A stretch of DNA of 44,543 nucleotides. It comes from Octopus bimaculoides. Its lineage: Eukaryota. Where the stretch lies: assembly GCF_001194135.2 (NCBI RefSeq), contig NC_068989.1:59618324-59662866 (forward strand), given 5' to 3'. Below are positions 23,860 through 34,523 of this stretch, in pieces (positions within the stretch are counted from its first letter, which is position 1; every line of letters begins with the position of its first letter). Made by a program: the position numbers and the translations under genes. A model generated the notes under the pieces. It did no database searches. It was not told where the DNA came from and saw only the letters and a program-made list of their open reading frames with translations.

Positions 23860-24164
23860 ACATTATTTACATTTGACGGATATTTGTCCTCATCTTGTTT
23901 ATTGCTAACGGACATATGGCGTAGTGGTTAAGAGCGCGGGCTACTAGCCCCAAGATTCCGAGTTCGATTCCAGGCAGTGACCTGAAGAAGAAGAAGAAGA
24001 AGAAGAAGAAGAAGAAGAAGAAGAAGAAGAAGAATACCTTAGGAATGAGAATCCAGGTTCGAAATTACCCCCAAGACACCTGATGAAGGCTGGAGGGTAT
24101 ATCAGCCGAAACGTTGTGTTAACAAACAAGATGAGGACAAATATCCGTCAAATGTAAATAATGT
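23860..24164 (+). mobile_element. SINE family D: tRNA head, (GAA)n, hammerhead ribozyme, bounded by a 41-bp inverted repeat
   Basis: A box TGGCGTAGTGG 23917-23927; B box GTTCGATTCC 23962-23971; (GAA)n about 23984-24034; HHR 24075-24120; 23860-23900 is the exact reverse complement of 24124-24164. Confidence 0.85.
24075..24120 (+). ncRNA. Minimal type I hammerhead ribozyme (predicted)
   Basis: Stem I GACAC/GTGTT; core CTGATGA 24080-24086; stem II GGCTG(G)/(T)CAGCC; GAAA 24108-24111; palindromic stem III ACGT; predicted cleavage after GTT (24115/24116). Confidence 0.75.
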
Positions 24165-24974
24165 GTTTAATTTCAGGTTGGATATAGCCCTCAGGCCAGC
24201 TGAGACAAGGAAAACTAAAATACCCTGCTAAAAGTACATTGGCCTGTGGGCTGGATTCATTTGTGGTTTGACTTGTGAGCGACAAAGCATCTCTGAAGTG
24301 ATCTCCGTGGTTAGCTGCATCAAGAAGACAAGTAGGTAATGCCTATGAGTTTAATAGGTCATCATTTGTTCTAATATTGAAGAATGGTTTCCAATGTTGA
24401 TCTTGTTGTTGTTGCTATTGTTTAGTCGAGGCGAGGCAAATAGCAGAAGAACATGATGGCAATGATGATGATGGGTCACTTGTGGTATTTCGCGGAAATG
24501 AGGAAGTGGATAGTTGAACTGTGAAGGGCTCTTGATTGTGGGGGAATTTTATAGCGCATTAATTGTGCTAGAATCAATTTTAACGTTAATGTTAAGAGTG
24601 CTTTAGTTCAGTGAAATATCTTTCTAGAGATATTGGGNNNNNNNNNNNNNNNNNNNNNNNNNNNNNNNNNNNNNNNNNNNNNNNNNNNNNNNNNNNNNNN
24701 NNNNNNNNNNNNNNNNNNNNNNNNNNNNNNNNNNNNNNNNNNNNNNNNNNNNNNNNNNNNNNNNNNNNNNNNNNNNNNNNNNNNNNNNNNNNNNNNNNNN
24801 NNNNNNNNNNNNNNNNNNNNNNNNNNNNNNNNNNNNNNNNNNNNNNNNNNNNNNNNNNNNNNNNNNNNNNNNNNNNNNNNNNNNNNNNNNNNNNNNNNNN
24901 NNNNNNNNNNNNNNNNNNNNNNNNNNNNNNNNNNNNNNNNNNNNNNNNCATCAATAAGCAATCAATATAGAAGG

Positions 24975-25175
24975 TTGCGAGCTGACAAAATTGTTAGCAA
25001 ATCGTGCAAAATGCTTAGTGACATTTCGTCCATCTGTATGTTCTGGGTACAAATTCCGCCTTGGTCCACTTTGACTTTCCCCCTTTCGGGGTTGATAAAA
25101 TAAATACCATTTGAACGCAGGGGGTCGATGTAATCGATTTACCCCGCCCCCGAAATTTCAGGTCTTGAAGCCAGT
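24975..25175 (+). mobile_element. SINE family B, diverged
   Basis: ATGCTTAGTGACATTTCGTC ... CTTTCGGGGTTGATAAAATAAATACC ... GGGGTCGATGTAATCGA. Confidence 0.8.
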
Positions 25176-25807
25176 ACAAAATGGGGGGAGTTGGCGGAAT
25201 TGTTGGAGCGTTGGACAAAATATCATGCAGTATTTTTCTGTTTTTCTGTGAGTTTAGTTCCCACCGGGTTAACTTTTTTTCTGAGTTCAATTCCCACTGT
25301 GTTAACTTTTCTTTCACCCCTCCAGGGTCCTCCGTGGTGGATAAAGCAAAATACTCGCCAAGTATTAGGATCAATCGTATCGGCTAACCTCTTCAATTCA
25401 AATTTGCAGGTCTTGGACCTAAATCGAACAATAAATAATAGTTACACTATCGTTGTTAAATATAATGTCATACCTTAAAACATCAGTCTATCACAAAGTC
25501 TCTCGAGTTACCTAAGTGGGCTGTCGAACCAAACAGCTGTTCGCACGCAATCACAACTTTAAGTTGTACTAATGATTGTTGTAAGTTTTATTCGGTTATA
25601 GGCTTAAATTGTTGATGATTCCGAGTAATTAAGCGATTCTTAAATACAAGATATTTCTCCTTAACAAGTTTAGTATCAGAAACTATACAGTTTAATCAGC
25701 GATTTTTTTATTTCCTTCATTTTCGGTAGCGCGACCCCTTTTTTTTTTATTAATGTGAAGCAACAGCCTAGCACTGTTTGAAATATAATTTAGAATTGGG
25801 GTGAGAG

Positions 25808-25970
25808 TGCAGGCGTGGCTGCGTGGTAAGAATCTTGCTTCCCAACCGCATGGTTCCGGGTTCTGTCCCCACTGCGTGGCACCTTCGGCATGTGTCTTCT
25901 ACTATAGCTTCAGGCCGACCAAAGCCTTGTGAGTGAATTTGGTAAACGGAAACTGACAGAAGCCCGTCGT
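25808..25970 (+). mobile_element. SINE family A, 5' half
   Basis: GCAGGCGTGGCTGCGTGGTAAG..GTTCCGGGTTCTGTCCC..AGAAGCCCGTCG; truncated at the internal (TA)n. Confidence 0.9.
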
Positions 25971-25978
25971 ATATATAT

Positions 25979-26415
25979 ACGTTCTGAGTTCAAATTCAGC
26001 CGAAGTTGACTGTGCCTTTCATTCTTTTGCGATCGATAAAACAAGAACCGGATAAGTACTGGGGTCGATGTAACCGACTTACCCCCATACTCGAAACTGC
26101 TGGCCTAGTGCCAAAATTTGAAACCAATAAAATTATTAGAGGCATTTCGTCTCTGAGTTCAAATTACACCGAGCTCGCCTTTGCTGTTCATTCTTTCGGG
26201 ATCGATAAAATAAGTACCAGTTACGCACTGGGGACGAGATAATCAACTTACCCCTTCTCCCCAAAATCAGGCTTGCGCCTGTAATAAGAAGGATTCTCTT
26301 TTTTAATAAGGTGGTAGGCTAGCAGAATCGTTACCGCGCCGAAATAAATGATTCGGTGCATTTGTCCTCTCGCTGTAAGCCTTGTGCCAATATTTGAAAC
26401 TATTATTATTATTGC
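25979..26415 (+). mobile_element. Tandem run of truncated SINE family B copies
   Basis: Copies at about 25979-26135 and 26141-26290, and an internally deleted copy at about 26310-26415. Confidence 0.8.
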
Positions 26416-26564
26416 GAGGCTTATTGATATCTAAAAGAGGTGACTTTTTACTAATAGTGTTGTTTTATGTTGGTTGTCAATTTGAATATAAATAGAGACG
26501 ATAGGTACAAAATAGAAATATCGATCACTTTTTTCTCGATACATTTTTCCTCTAAATTTTTCAA

Positions 26565-26604
<40 letters not shown>

Positions 26605-27578
26605 AACACACACACATATATACTTACATACACACATAATACATGGACACGTACGTACATATACATACATATGCATACATACATACATACATATTTATGG
26701 AGGCTGTGTTTTCCAAAATGGAGGCGAACACCTTCCTCCATGTGATCAGCTTGAAAAATTGTTACGACACTAGGATATTTTCCTACTTTCCTTAACATGA
26801 AACCAACGGTAGCCTTAATTCACAAATCAGGAAAATATATCCACCAATGCGGTGTTGAGCACTCATTTTCATCGTTCGATATTTACGTATATATATATAT
26901 ATATATATATGGTAAACTGGGATATTGATCAGGTCTACTATCTTAAGTCAAAAACCAGAGGCACCATCATGTTTGTCAAAGCCTAATCATTGAGTCTATG
27001 TTTTACCTCTCCTCATAACAAAGCTANNNNNNNNNNNNNNNNNNNNNNNNNNNNNNNNNNNNNNNNNNNNNNNNNNNNNNNNNNNNNNNNNNNNNNNNNN
27101 NNNNNNNNNNNNNNNNNNNNNNNNNNNNNNNNNNNNNNNNNNNNNNNNNNNNNNNNNNNNNNNNNNNNNNNNNNNNNNNNNNNNNNNNNNNNNNNNNNNN
27201 NNNNNNNNNNNNNNNNNNNNNNNNNNNNNNNNNNNNNNNNNNNNNNNNNNNNNNNNNNNNNNNNNNNNNNNNNNNNNNNNNNNNNNNNNNNNNNNNNNNN
27301 NNNNNNNNNNNNNNNNNNNNNNNNNNNNNNNNNNNNNNNNNNNNNNNNNNNNNNNNNNNNNNNNNNNNNNNNNNNNNNNNNNNNNNNNNNNNNNNNNNNN
27401 NNNNNNNNNNNNNNNNNNNNNNNNNNNNNNNNNNNNNNNNNNNNNNNNNNNNNNNNNNNNNNNNNNNNNNNNNNNNNNNNNNNNNNNNNNNNNNNNNNNN
27501 NNNNNNNNNNNNNNNNNNNNNNNNNNNNNNNNNNNNNNNNNNNNNNNNNNNNNNNNNNNNNNNNNNNNNNNNNNNNNN

Positions 27579-27882
27579 GTTGTGAGTGTTTATTTAGCGA
27601 AAACACCTAAAGCTCCACGAGGCTCCGGCTGGGGATGGTGGCGAACCCTGCTGTACTCTTTCACCACAAATTTCTCACACTCTTTCTTCCTGTTTCTGTT
27701 GTACTTGTATTTCAAAGGGTCAGCCTTGTCACACTGTGTCACGCTGAACATCCCCGAGAACTACGTTAAGGGTACACGTGTCTGCGGAGTGCTCAGCCAC
27801 TTGCACGTTAATTTCACGAGCAGGCTGTTCCGTTGATCGGATCAACTGGAACCCTCGACGTCGTAAGCGACGGAGTGCCAAC
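27579..27882 (+). mobile_element. SINE family C, head lost in gap
   Basis: Reverse complement of the copies at 12428 and 22658; ends GACGGAGTGCCAACA. Confidence 0.9.
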
Positions 27883-28079
27883 ATATTTTATCGATGAAAG
27901 ATCAAAAGAGACCGAACAAAACTAATAAAATTTTGTTAGAGTTTTTTGCCCGGCACTCAACACGCTTGCATTGCTTAACATTATTTTTTTAATAAGTATA
28001 TATATATAAGAAATTAAATAATAAAATGCACACACTTTACAAATTTTTTATATAATTTTTAATATATCGACCGGGCTGG

Positions 28080-28870
28080 GGAATAATTTATGAGTGTTTT
28101 TTTTTATTTTTCAAAAATTATTTTAAACAAAAAACACTACAACAAATTAATCAATAATATACTCTCCGTTATTGTTTACGACTTTCTCCCATCGTTCAAT
28201 AAATTTTTCGATATCTCGGCGATAGAAATCTCCCGGTCTTGACTCAAAGAATTCGTCCAACAAAGCCCTCAATTCCACGTGATTATTGAACGATACACCG
28301 TGCAAAGCGTTCGAAAGCAGTCGAAAGAGATGAAAAATCTGAAGGGGTCAAGTCTGGAGAGTATGGAGGCAGCACTTCCCATTCGTATTCTTGAATCGTG
28401 GTTCTGGTCATATTGGCGATGTTAGGACGGGTATTGTCGTGTTGCAGAGGAACGCCATTTCACCTATTCGGTCTGTTTTGTTGAATTGCTTCTTTGAGTC
28501 GGTGCAATTGCTAAACGTAGAGCTCCGCATTGAGTGTTTGGTTGCGCTCAAGCAGTTCGTAATGGATTATGCCTTACCAGTCCCACCATACACACAACAT
28601 GATCTTTCGAGGATGAAAGCCTTGTTTTGTTTGCGGAGTCGCTTGCTTGTTGGGGATGAGCCATTCTTTTCGCTGCTTCATACTGGCGTAAAGGCACCAT
28701 TTTTCATCGCCAGTGACCATGTGTTGAGCCAACAACAACAAAATTTTATTGCATCAGAAATAATTTTAGTTTCTTTTCTATAACTAGTTGTACACCAGTT
28801 TCTTCTCGTACTTTCAAAGTCGTCCTCTGGTGAAACTTTAATGAAAGGTAATAATAATCGGTTCGTTTCT
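28080..28870 (-). mobile_element. Mariner transposase relic
   Basis: VTGDEKWCLY, HPRKIMLCVWWDW, LQHDNTRP, WEVLPPYSPDLTPSDF, with stops and frameshifts. Ends approximate. Confidence 0.9.
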
Positions 28871-28904
28871 CATTCTAATCTTCCACAGCGAGACTAAATC
28901 TGTG

Positions 28905-29106
28905 TTCTTTATTCTTTTACTTATTTCAGTCATCGGACTACAACCATGCTGGGGCACTATCTTGAAGAGTTTAATAAAATAAATCGATTTCAGTACTAAC
29001 TTTTAAGTATGGTATTTATTTTATCGATCTTTAAAGCCGAGCCGTTATGTTATGGACATAAACAAACAATAGTTATCAAACGGTGGCGAAGGGGACAAAC
29101 AGGCAT

Positions 29107-29140
<34 letters not shown>

Positions 29141-29250
29141 GGAGAGAGGGNNNNNNNNNNGGAGGGAGAGAGAGAGAGAGAGGGAGGGAGAGAGAGAGAT
29201 ACACACGATGGGCTGTCACGCTGTTTCCGTCAGCAAAATTCATTGGTCTA
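28905..29250 (-). mobile_element. SINE family A, diverged, with internal (GA)n
   Basis: 3' half plus ACGATGGGC..TTTCCGTC head remnant flanking a GA-rich tract. Confidence 0.65.
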
Positions 29251-29449
29251 TTTGTTTTCTCTCACTAAATTTCTACGATAACAACACTCTATGACTATAT
29301 TCACTATTTCCACGTCTAAAACATGAAAATAATTACTGCAGTACATATTCTGATTAACGTTAGTATCAATTATTTTAATTGGATATAACTCCAGATATAT
29401 AACTGCTGATAAACTATACATTATAGGTCTCTTATCTATTATTTTAGGA

Positions 29450-29655
29450 CTTCGGTAGAATCGTTAGCGCGCCGGAGAAAATGCTTAGCGACATTTCGTC
29501 GTCTTTACGTTCTGAGTTCAAATTCCACCGAAGTAGACTTTACCTTTCATCTTCCGCGGTCGATAAAATAACCAGTTGAGCACTGGAGTCGATGTAATTG
29601 ATTTATTCCCTCTCTTGATATTAATGGCCTTATGCCAAAATTTGAAATCATTAAT
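29450..29655 (+). mobile_element. SINE family B
   Basis: GTAGAATCGTTAGCGCGCCGGAGAAAATGCTTAGCG ... GCCAAAATTTGAAATCATT. Confidence 0.88.
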
Positions 29656-31364
29656 TTAAGACTTCGATTTTTGTTTCTGTGTGTAATTTATTTATTTTTA
29701 ATAAGGTTGACACCAAACATTTAACATTTCTTTAAACATCATTCGTCTCTTTGGTCTATACACAGCAAAATATGTTATCCAAAAGTTATTAAAATGTTAT
29801 TATTGGATGTCTAAAACCGTTGAGATTACCATGGAGTAATAATGAATAACCAGCTGCTCAAATTCCAATTCAGTATGTAGATGCTTCCGTAGTGGCAGAG
29901 CGATAGCTAGCAGGTTTATCAGACATATCGGTATTGTGGAACTTTCGGGCGTGGGTGGTGAAATCAGCATCCTATTAAAGCGTTCACATGTCTGACTCAT
30001 TCGCTGGAAACAGTGAGAGATTAATGTTTGGTGATCCGTGGAGGCTTGTCCATGGCTGTCAGTCGTGACCTATTTTCACTAAAGCATTCACGGAGACAAA
30101 ATTCACAACTGTCATTGAACATTACTTGTACATATTCCCTATTTTACTTCCCTACCAACCCATCTTGCCATTTCAAACTGAATCCAAGCTGACAAATGAC
30201 AATAATATAAATAGCAATGAAATAAATAAAGAAATATGACATTCGCCCACGAAGCTGCATAATACAGTCATGATCACTTGGTGACTGAAGCCCGACAAAG
30301 AAATGTTGCTCTGGGCAATTAGTTAATGGGGACTCTCTCTTTCTCTTTCTCTCACACATTCTTTTCTCCCTCTTTCTGTCACACACACTCTCTCTCTCAC
30401 TCACTTTCATTCTTTTGTCCCTCTGTCACAAACACATTCTTTCTTTCTCTATCTATCTATCTATCTTTCTATCTTTCTATTTCTGTTTAGTTATTCGCCT
30501 ATTCCTCCTTATCAGTGTCGAAAGAAATCCCGAAAGAAAAATTCTACATAAAAGGCATAAATAAACAAATAAAACCAAAGGCAAATGGTATGAAATAAAA
30601 TGGAAAATNNNNNNNNNNNNNNNNNNNNNNNNNNNNNNNNNNNNNNNNNNNNNNNNNNNNNNNNNNNNNNNNNNNNNNNNNNNNNNNNNNNNNNNNNNNN
30701 NNNNNNNNNNNNNNNNNNNNNNNNNNNNNNNNNNNNNNNNNNNNNNNNNNNNNNNNNNNNNNNNNNNNNNNNNNNNNNNNNNNNNNNNNNNNNNNNNNNN
30801 NNNNNNNNNNNNNNNNNNNNNNNNNNNNNNNNNNNNNNNNNNNNNNNNNNNNNNNNNNNNNNNNNNNNNNNNNNNNNNNNNNNNNNNNNNNNNNNNNNNN
30901 NNNNNNNNNNNNNNNNNNNNNNNNNNNNNNNNNNNNNNNNNNNNNNNNNNNNNNNNNNNNNNNNNNNNNNNNNNNNNNNNNNNNNNNNNNNNNNNNNNNN
31001 NNNNNNNNNNNNNNNNNNNNNNNNNNNNNNNNNNNNNNNNNNNNNNNNNNNNNNNNNNNNNNNNNNNNNNNNNNNNNNNNNNNNNNNNNNNNNNNNNNNN
31101 NNNNNNNNNNNNNNNNNNNNNNNNNNNNNNNNNNNNNNNNNNNNNNNNNNNNNNNNNNNNNNNNNNNNNNNNNNNNNNNNNNNNNNNNNNNNNNNNNNNN
31201 NNNNNNNNNNNNNNNNNNNNNNNNNNNNNNNNNNNNNNNNNNNNNNNNNNNNNNNNNNNNNNNNNNNNNNNNNNNNNNNNNNNNNNNNNNNNNNNNNNNN
31301 NNNNNNNNNNNNNNNNNNNNNNNNNNNNNNNNNNNNNNNNNNNNNNNNNNNNNNNNNNNNNNNN

Positions 31365-31478
31365 TAAAAGCAGCAGAAATATAACAAAAAGCTATTACTC
31401 AGAGTTTCACGTTCCCGTTCATGAACGGGAACGTGAAACTCTGAGTAATAGCTTTTTGTTATATTTCTGCTGCTTTTA
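31365..31478. repeat. Perfect 114-bp palindrome (57-bp arms, no spacer) centred in a truncated hammerhead core
   Basis: TAAAAGCAGCAG...CCCGTTCA|TGAACGGG...CTGCTGCTTTTA; abuts an N-gap. Confidence 0.9.
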
Positions 31479-31485
31479 AATAAAG

Positions 31486-31845
31486 TGCATTGTAAATAGA
31501 CAACAACAGATAAAAACACATACGCATACTGAGTGTCCAACCGGACGGAAGACAGACTCAGAGGGTCTCTAATCCTTCATCAGTTATCAACCAAAATGAT
31601 AATACTCAGTTTCGCACCATTAATGATAAGACTGAGAACTTCCCATATTGGTGGTGCCTGCGAAAGCCGCAGAGAACCACCAACATGGGAAGTTCTCAGT
31701 CTTATCATTAATTATGTGAAACTGAGTATTACCATTTTGGTTGATAACTGATGAAGGATTAAAGATCCCTTGCGTCTGTCTTCCGTTCGGTTGGACACTC
31801 AGTATGCGTATGTGTTTTTATCTGTTGTTGTCTATTTACAATGCA
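31486..31845. repeat. 360-bp imperfect foldback (170-bp arms, about 11 mismatches, 20-nt spacer) with hammerhead-like motifs
   Basis: 31486-31655 is the reverse complement of 31676-31845 by manual alignment. CTGATGA at 31748-31754 (+) and 31577-31583 (-). Confidence 0.9.
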
Positions 31846-31929
31846 TTTTTTCTTTTATTAAGTAAGGGTGCGCAACGCACACCTTATGTTTATTAACATT
31901 AAGTATGTGTTTATATATATATATATATA

Positions 31930-32095
31930 CGTTGGGCTTCTTTAAGTATTCCCCTAACAGATTCACTCACTATGCTTTAGTCGGCTCGGAGCTGTAATGG
32001 AAGGCACTTGCCTAAGGTGCCACGCAGTGAGACTGAATCCGGAATCATGTGGTTGTGGTTAGGAAGCAGGCTTCTTACAACATACCCATACCTGT
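31930..32095 (-). mobile_element. SINE family A, diverged 5' half
   Basis: CTAAGGTGCCACGCAGTGAGACTGAATCCGGAATCATGTGGTT. Confidence 0.75.
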
Positions 32096-32114
32096 TGTTT
32101 CTTATTCAAATTAA

Positions 32115-33142
32115 AAGGGCATCTATTCCATCTCAATCACAGATTTTCTAATTAATTTTTTGTTAACTAAACAGTTCGAAACTTCGAATACTGGTTGAAT
32201 TTCTCTCGTACAACACAGTTTACTCTGAACGTTTTTGACAAAATTTCCTATTTTAGAAGTTATTTCGTGTTAAAGTTGTCGTATTTGGGTAATTTCAACC
32301 AATCAACGACGTGTGTTCGGTTGAAGAAAACTACTGCTGTTTACGAAAATAATCCGGGTCATCTTTACTAAATGTCACCACTCTGTTCGAAGAATCAACA
32401 CCAAGAAGGAAGAAATATTATCCACATATATTTATTCGTTGCCCGACATCGCTGTTTTATCCACACATAAAGCGCACCGGTGTTTAAAAGACCTATAGAG
32501 CAACGAGTCCACAGCTGACTTTTTTGTTGTTGACATATATGTAGTTTTAAAATGCCTTATTTAACAACTATGAGATCTATTGTTATTGTCATGATTTTAT
32601 CTTACTATAATCAACAGCAAACACATTTCGTCAATATAAAAGTCTTTATTAGATAAAAAATAATATTATCAACAGATGAAGGTAAAACAAAACAAATAGC
32701 GGTTTATACACTGGAAAATACGGTAATTGTAGTGGCAGTGACAAATTCACTCGCTGGTTGCTATTTGATAGCGTAGAAGAGAGGGAAAGAGTGAGGAATG
32801 CACGGTGCTGATTAGAAAGGAAGAAAGGGTAAAGGTGACATCGTCTTCACTCGCCGTACGAATAGTGGTGACATTTAGCAGAGATGACCCGGAATTTGTT
32901 CCTCTTCGATTATTATCGTAAACAGCAGTAGCTTTCTTCAACCGAATACACGTCGTTGATTGGTTGGAATTTCCCAAATTCGACAACTTTAACACGAAAT
33001 AACTTCTAAAATAGGAAATTTTGTCAAAAACGTTCTGAGTAAACCGTGTTGTACGTGAGAAATTCTACCAGTATTCGAAGTTTCAAACTGTTTAGTTAAA
33101 AAAAAATAATTAGAAAATCTGTGATTGAGATGGAATAGATCC
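32115..33142. mobile_element. Non-autonomous foldback DNA transposon with about 270-bp TIRs (possibly Kolobok-like)
   Basis: 32121-32389 is inverse to 32859-33140. TTAA at 32111-32114 and 33143-33146. No ORF in the spacer. Superfamily is an inference. Confidence 0.75.
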
Positions 33143-33679
33143 TTAAAAGGTATTATAAAGTATTAAAACAAACATTGTGTATGTACTATACAAATTAAAG
33201 TTTATCATTGATGGCAGTATATTCTAAGTTATTCAAAATCCTTCATTTCTGCTTAGTTAAAAACTGTAAAAGTTTATTCATTAACTAAAACGAAACAAAT
33301 GTGACAGGAAAATTTTTATGACACTCAGTGGGGGAGTCCACTTCAATTGCAAGAAAATGGTCGAGTCATAAAGAGAAAGAGAATGAAATTGTAAACGGTA
33401 CTTGGTATGTCACTTTTACTGCTATCAAACAGTCGGGGTTCTATTGTGAACAAATTTACTGATTTTTTTTTTTTTTTTGTATTCTCTTTCATCATCATCA
33501 TCATCATCATCATTATCGTCGTCGTTGTTATTATTGTTGTTGTTGTTATTATTATTATTATTATTATTACATATGTAAACTCCCACACTTTATGTCTGTC
33601 TTTGTATTGTCCCTCCTCATCCTTCGTCCTTGTGGCAAATAAATGGAATCATTACTATTTATTATTATTATTTTTATTG

Positions 33680-34237
33680 TTGAGTGAGAGAGCAGTGCAT
33701 GCCATCAAAATGACACCAGGGTAAAATATACGAAGCCCATTATACCCATCATGACTACCCGTCTGATAAGGGTACACCAGGCACATGCATCACAACCATA
33801 TGTACGCGACATGGTGATCTCATAGCAAAATAAACAGCGCATGACCTTGCAGGTGGGACCCAGTTAGAATTTTTTTCAGGTCGAGTAGCCCATCCCGCTC
33901 AAAAGGTCCCTGAATAAGGTTTGTTTAAGGATGTTGAGCAAAACACCCATGTTTCCAAAGGTGAATTATTCAAACCCCAAAGAATTCCTCTCAACACATG
34001 GCTCTGATGCTCCCCCACTATTTCTGCTCATGATCAGAGATCCACATATCGTCAGCCACCAAGGGACATGCTCAACTGGTTAAGGTCAAACAACTGACAA
34101 GCAAATCTGTGGTATTAAGCAGAATATTTGCTGTAGCCCATCTTTTATACCAAGACTAAACAATGTACGTGATAACACTTCCAACCAATTAAGATCAGAA
34201 GCCATGAGAGCCACTGCCTGGTACTGCATCCGGGCAT
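33680..34237. repeat. Probable unclassified interspersed repeat between (TTA)n tracts
   Basis: Higher-GC, ORF-less block bounded sharply by TTA repeats. No second copy in the window. Confidence 0.35.
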
Positions 34238-34276
34238 TATTATTATTATTATTATTATTATTATCATTATTATTAA

Positions 34277-34488
34277 GGCGGCGAGCTGGCAGAATCGTTA
34301 GCAAGCCGGACGAAATGCTTAGCGGTATTTCGTCTTCCGCTACGTTCTGAATTCAAATTCCGCCGAGGTCGACTTTATCTTTCATCCTTTCGAGGTCGAT
34401 AAATTAAGGACCAGTCTAGTACTGGAGCCGATGTAATCGACTATCCCCCACCCCACAAATTCCAGGCCTTGTGCCTATAGTAGAAAGG

Positions 34489-34523
<35 letters not shown>

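Noticed and set aside
23911-23985. tRNA gene calls for SINE heads (also 12740-12808, 22970-23039, 35922-36000)
   Set aside because: A and B boxes are present, but there is no complete acceptor stem and each runs into a SINE body without a T-run terminator.
24300-24637. Continuation of the old APE LINE on the far side of SINE D
   Set aside because: Translation similarity is too weak to claim by eye, so nesting of SINE D inside that LINE is unproven.
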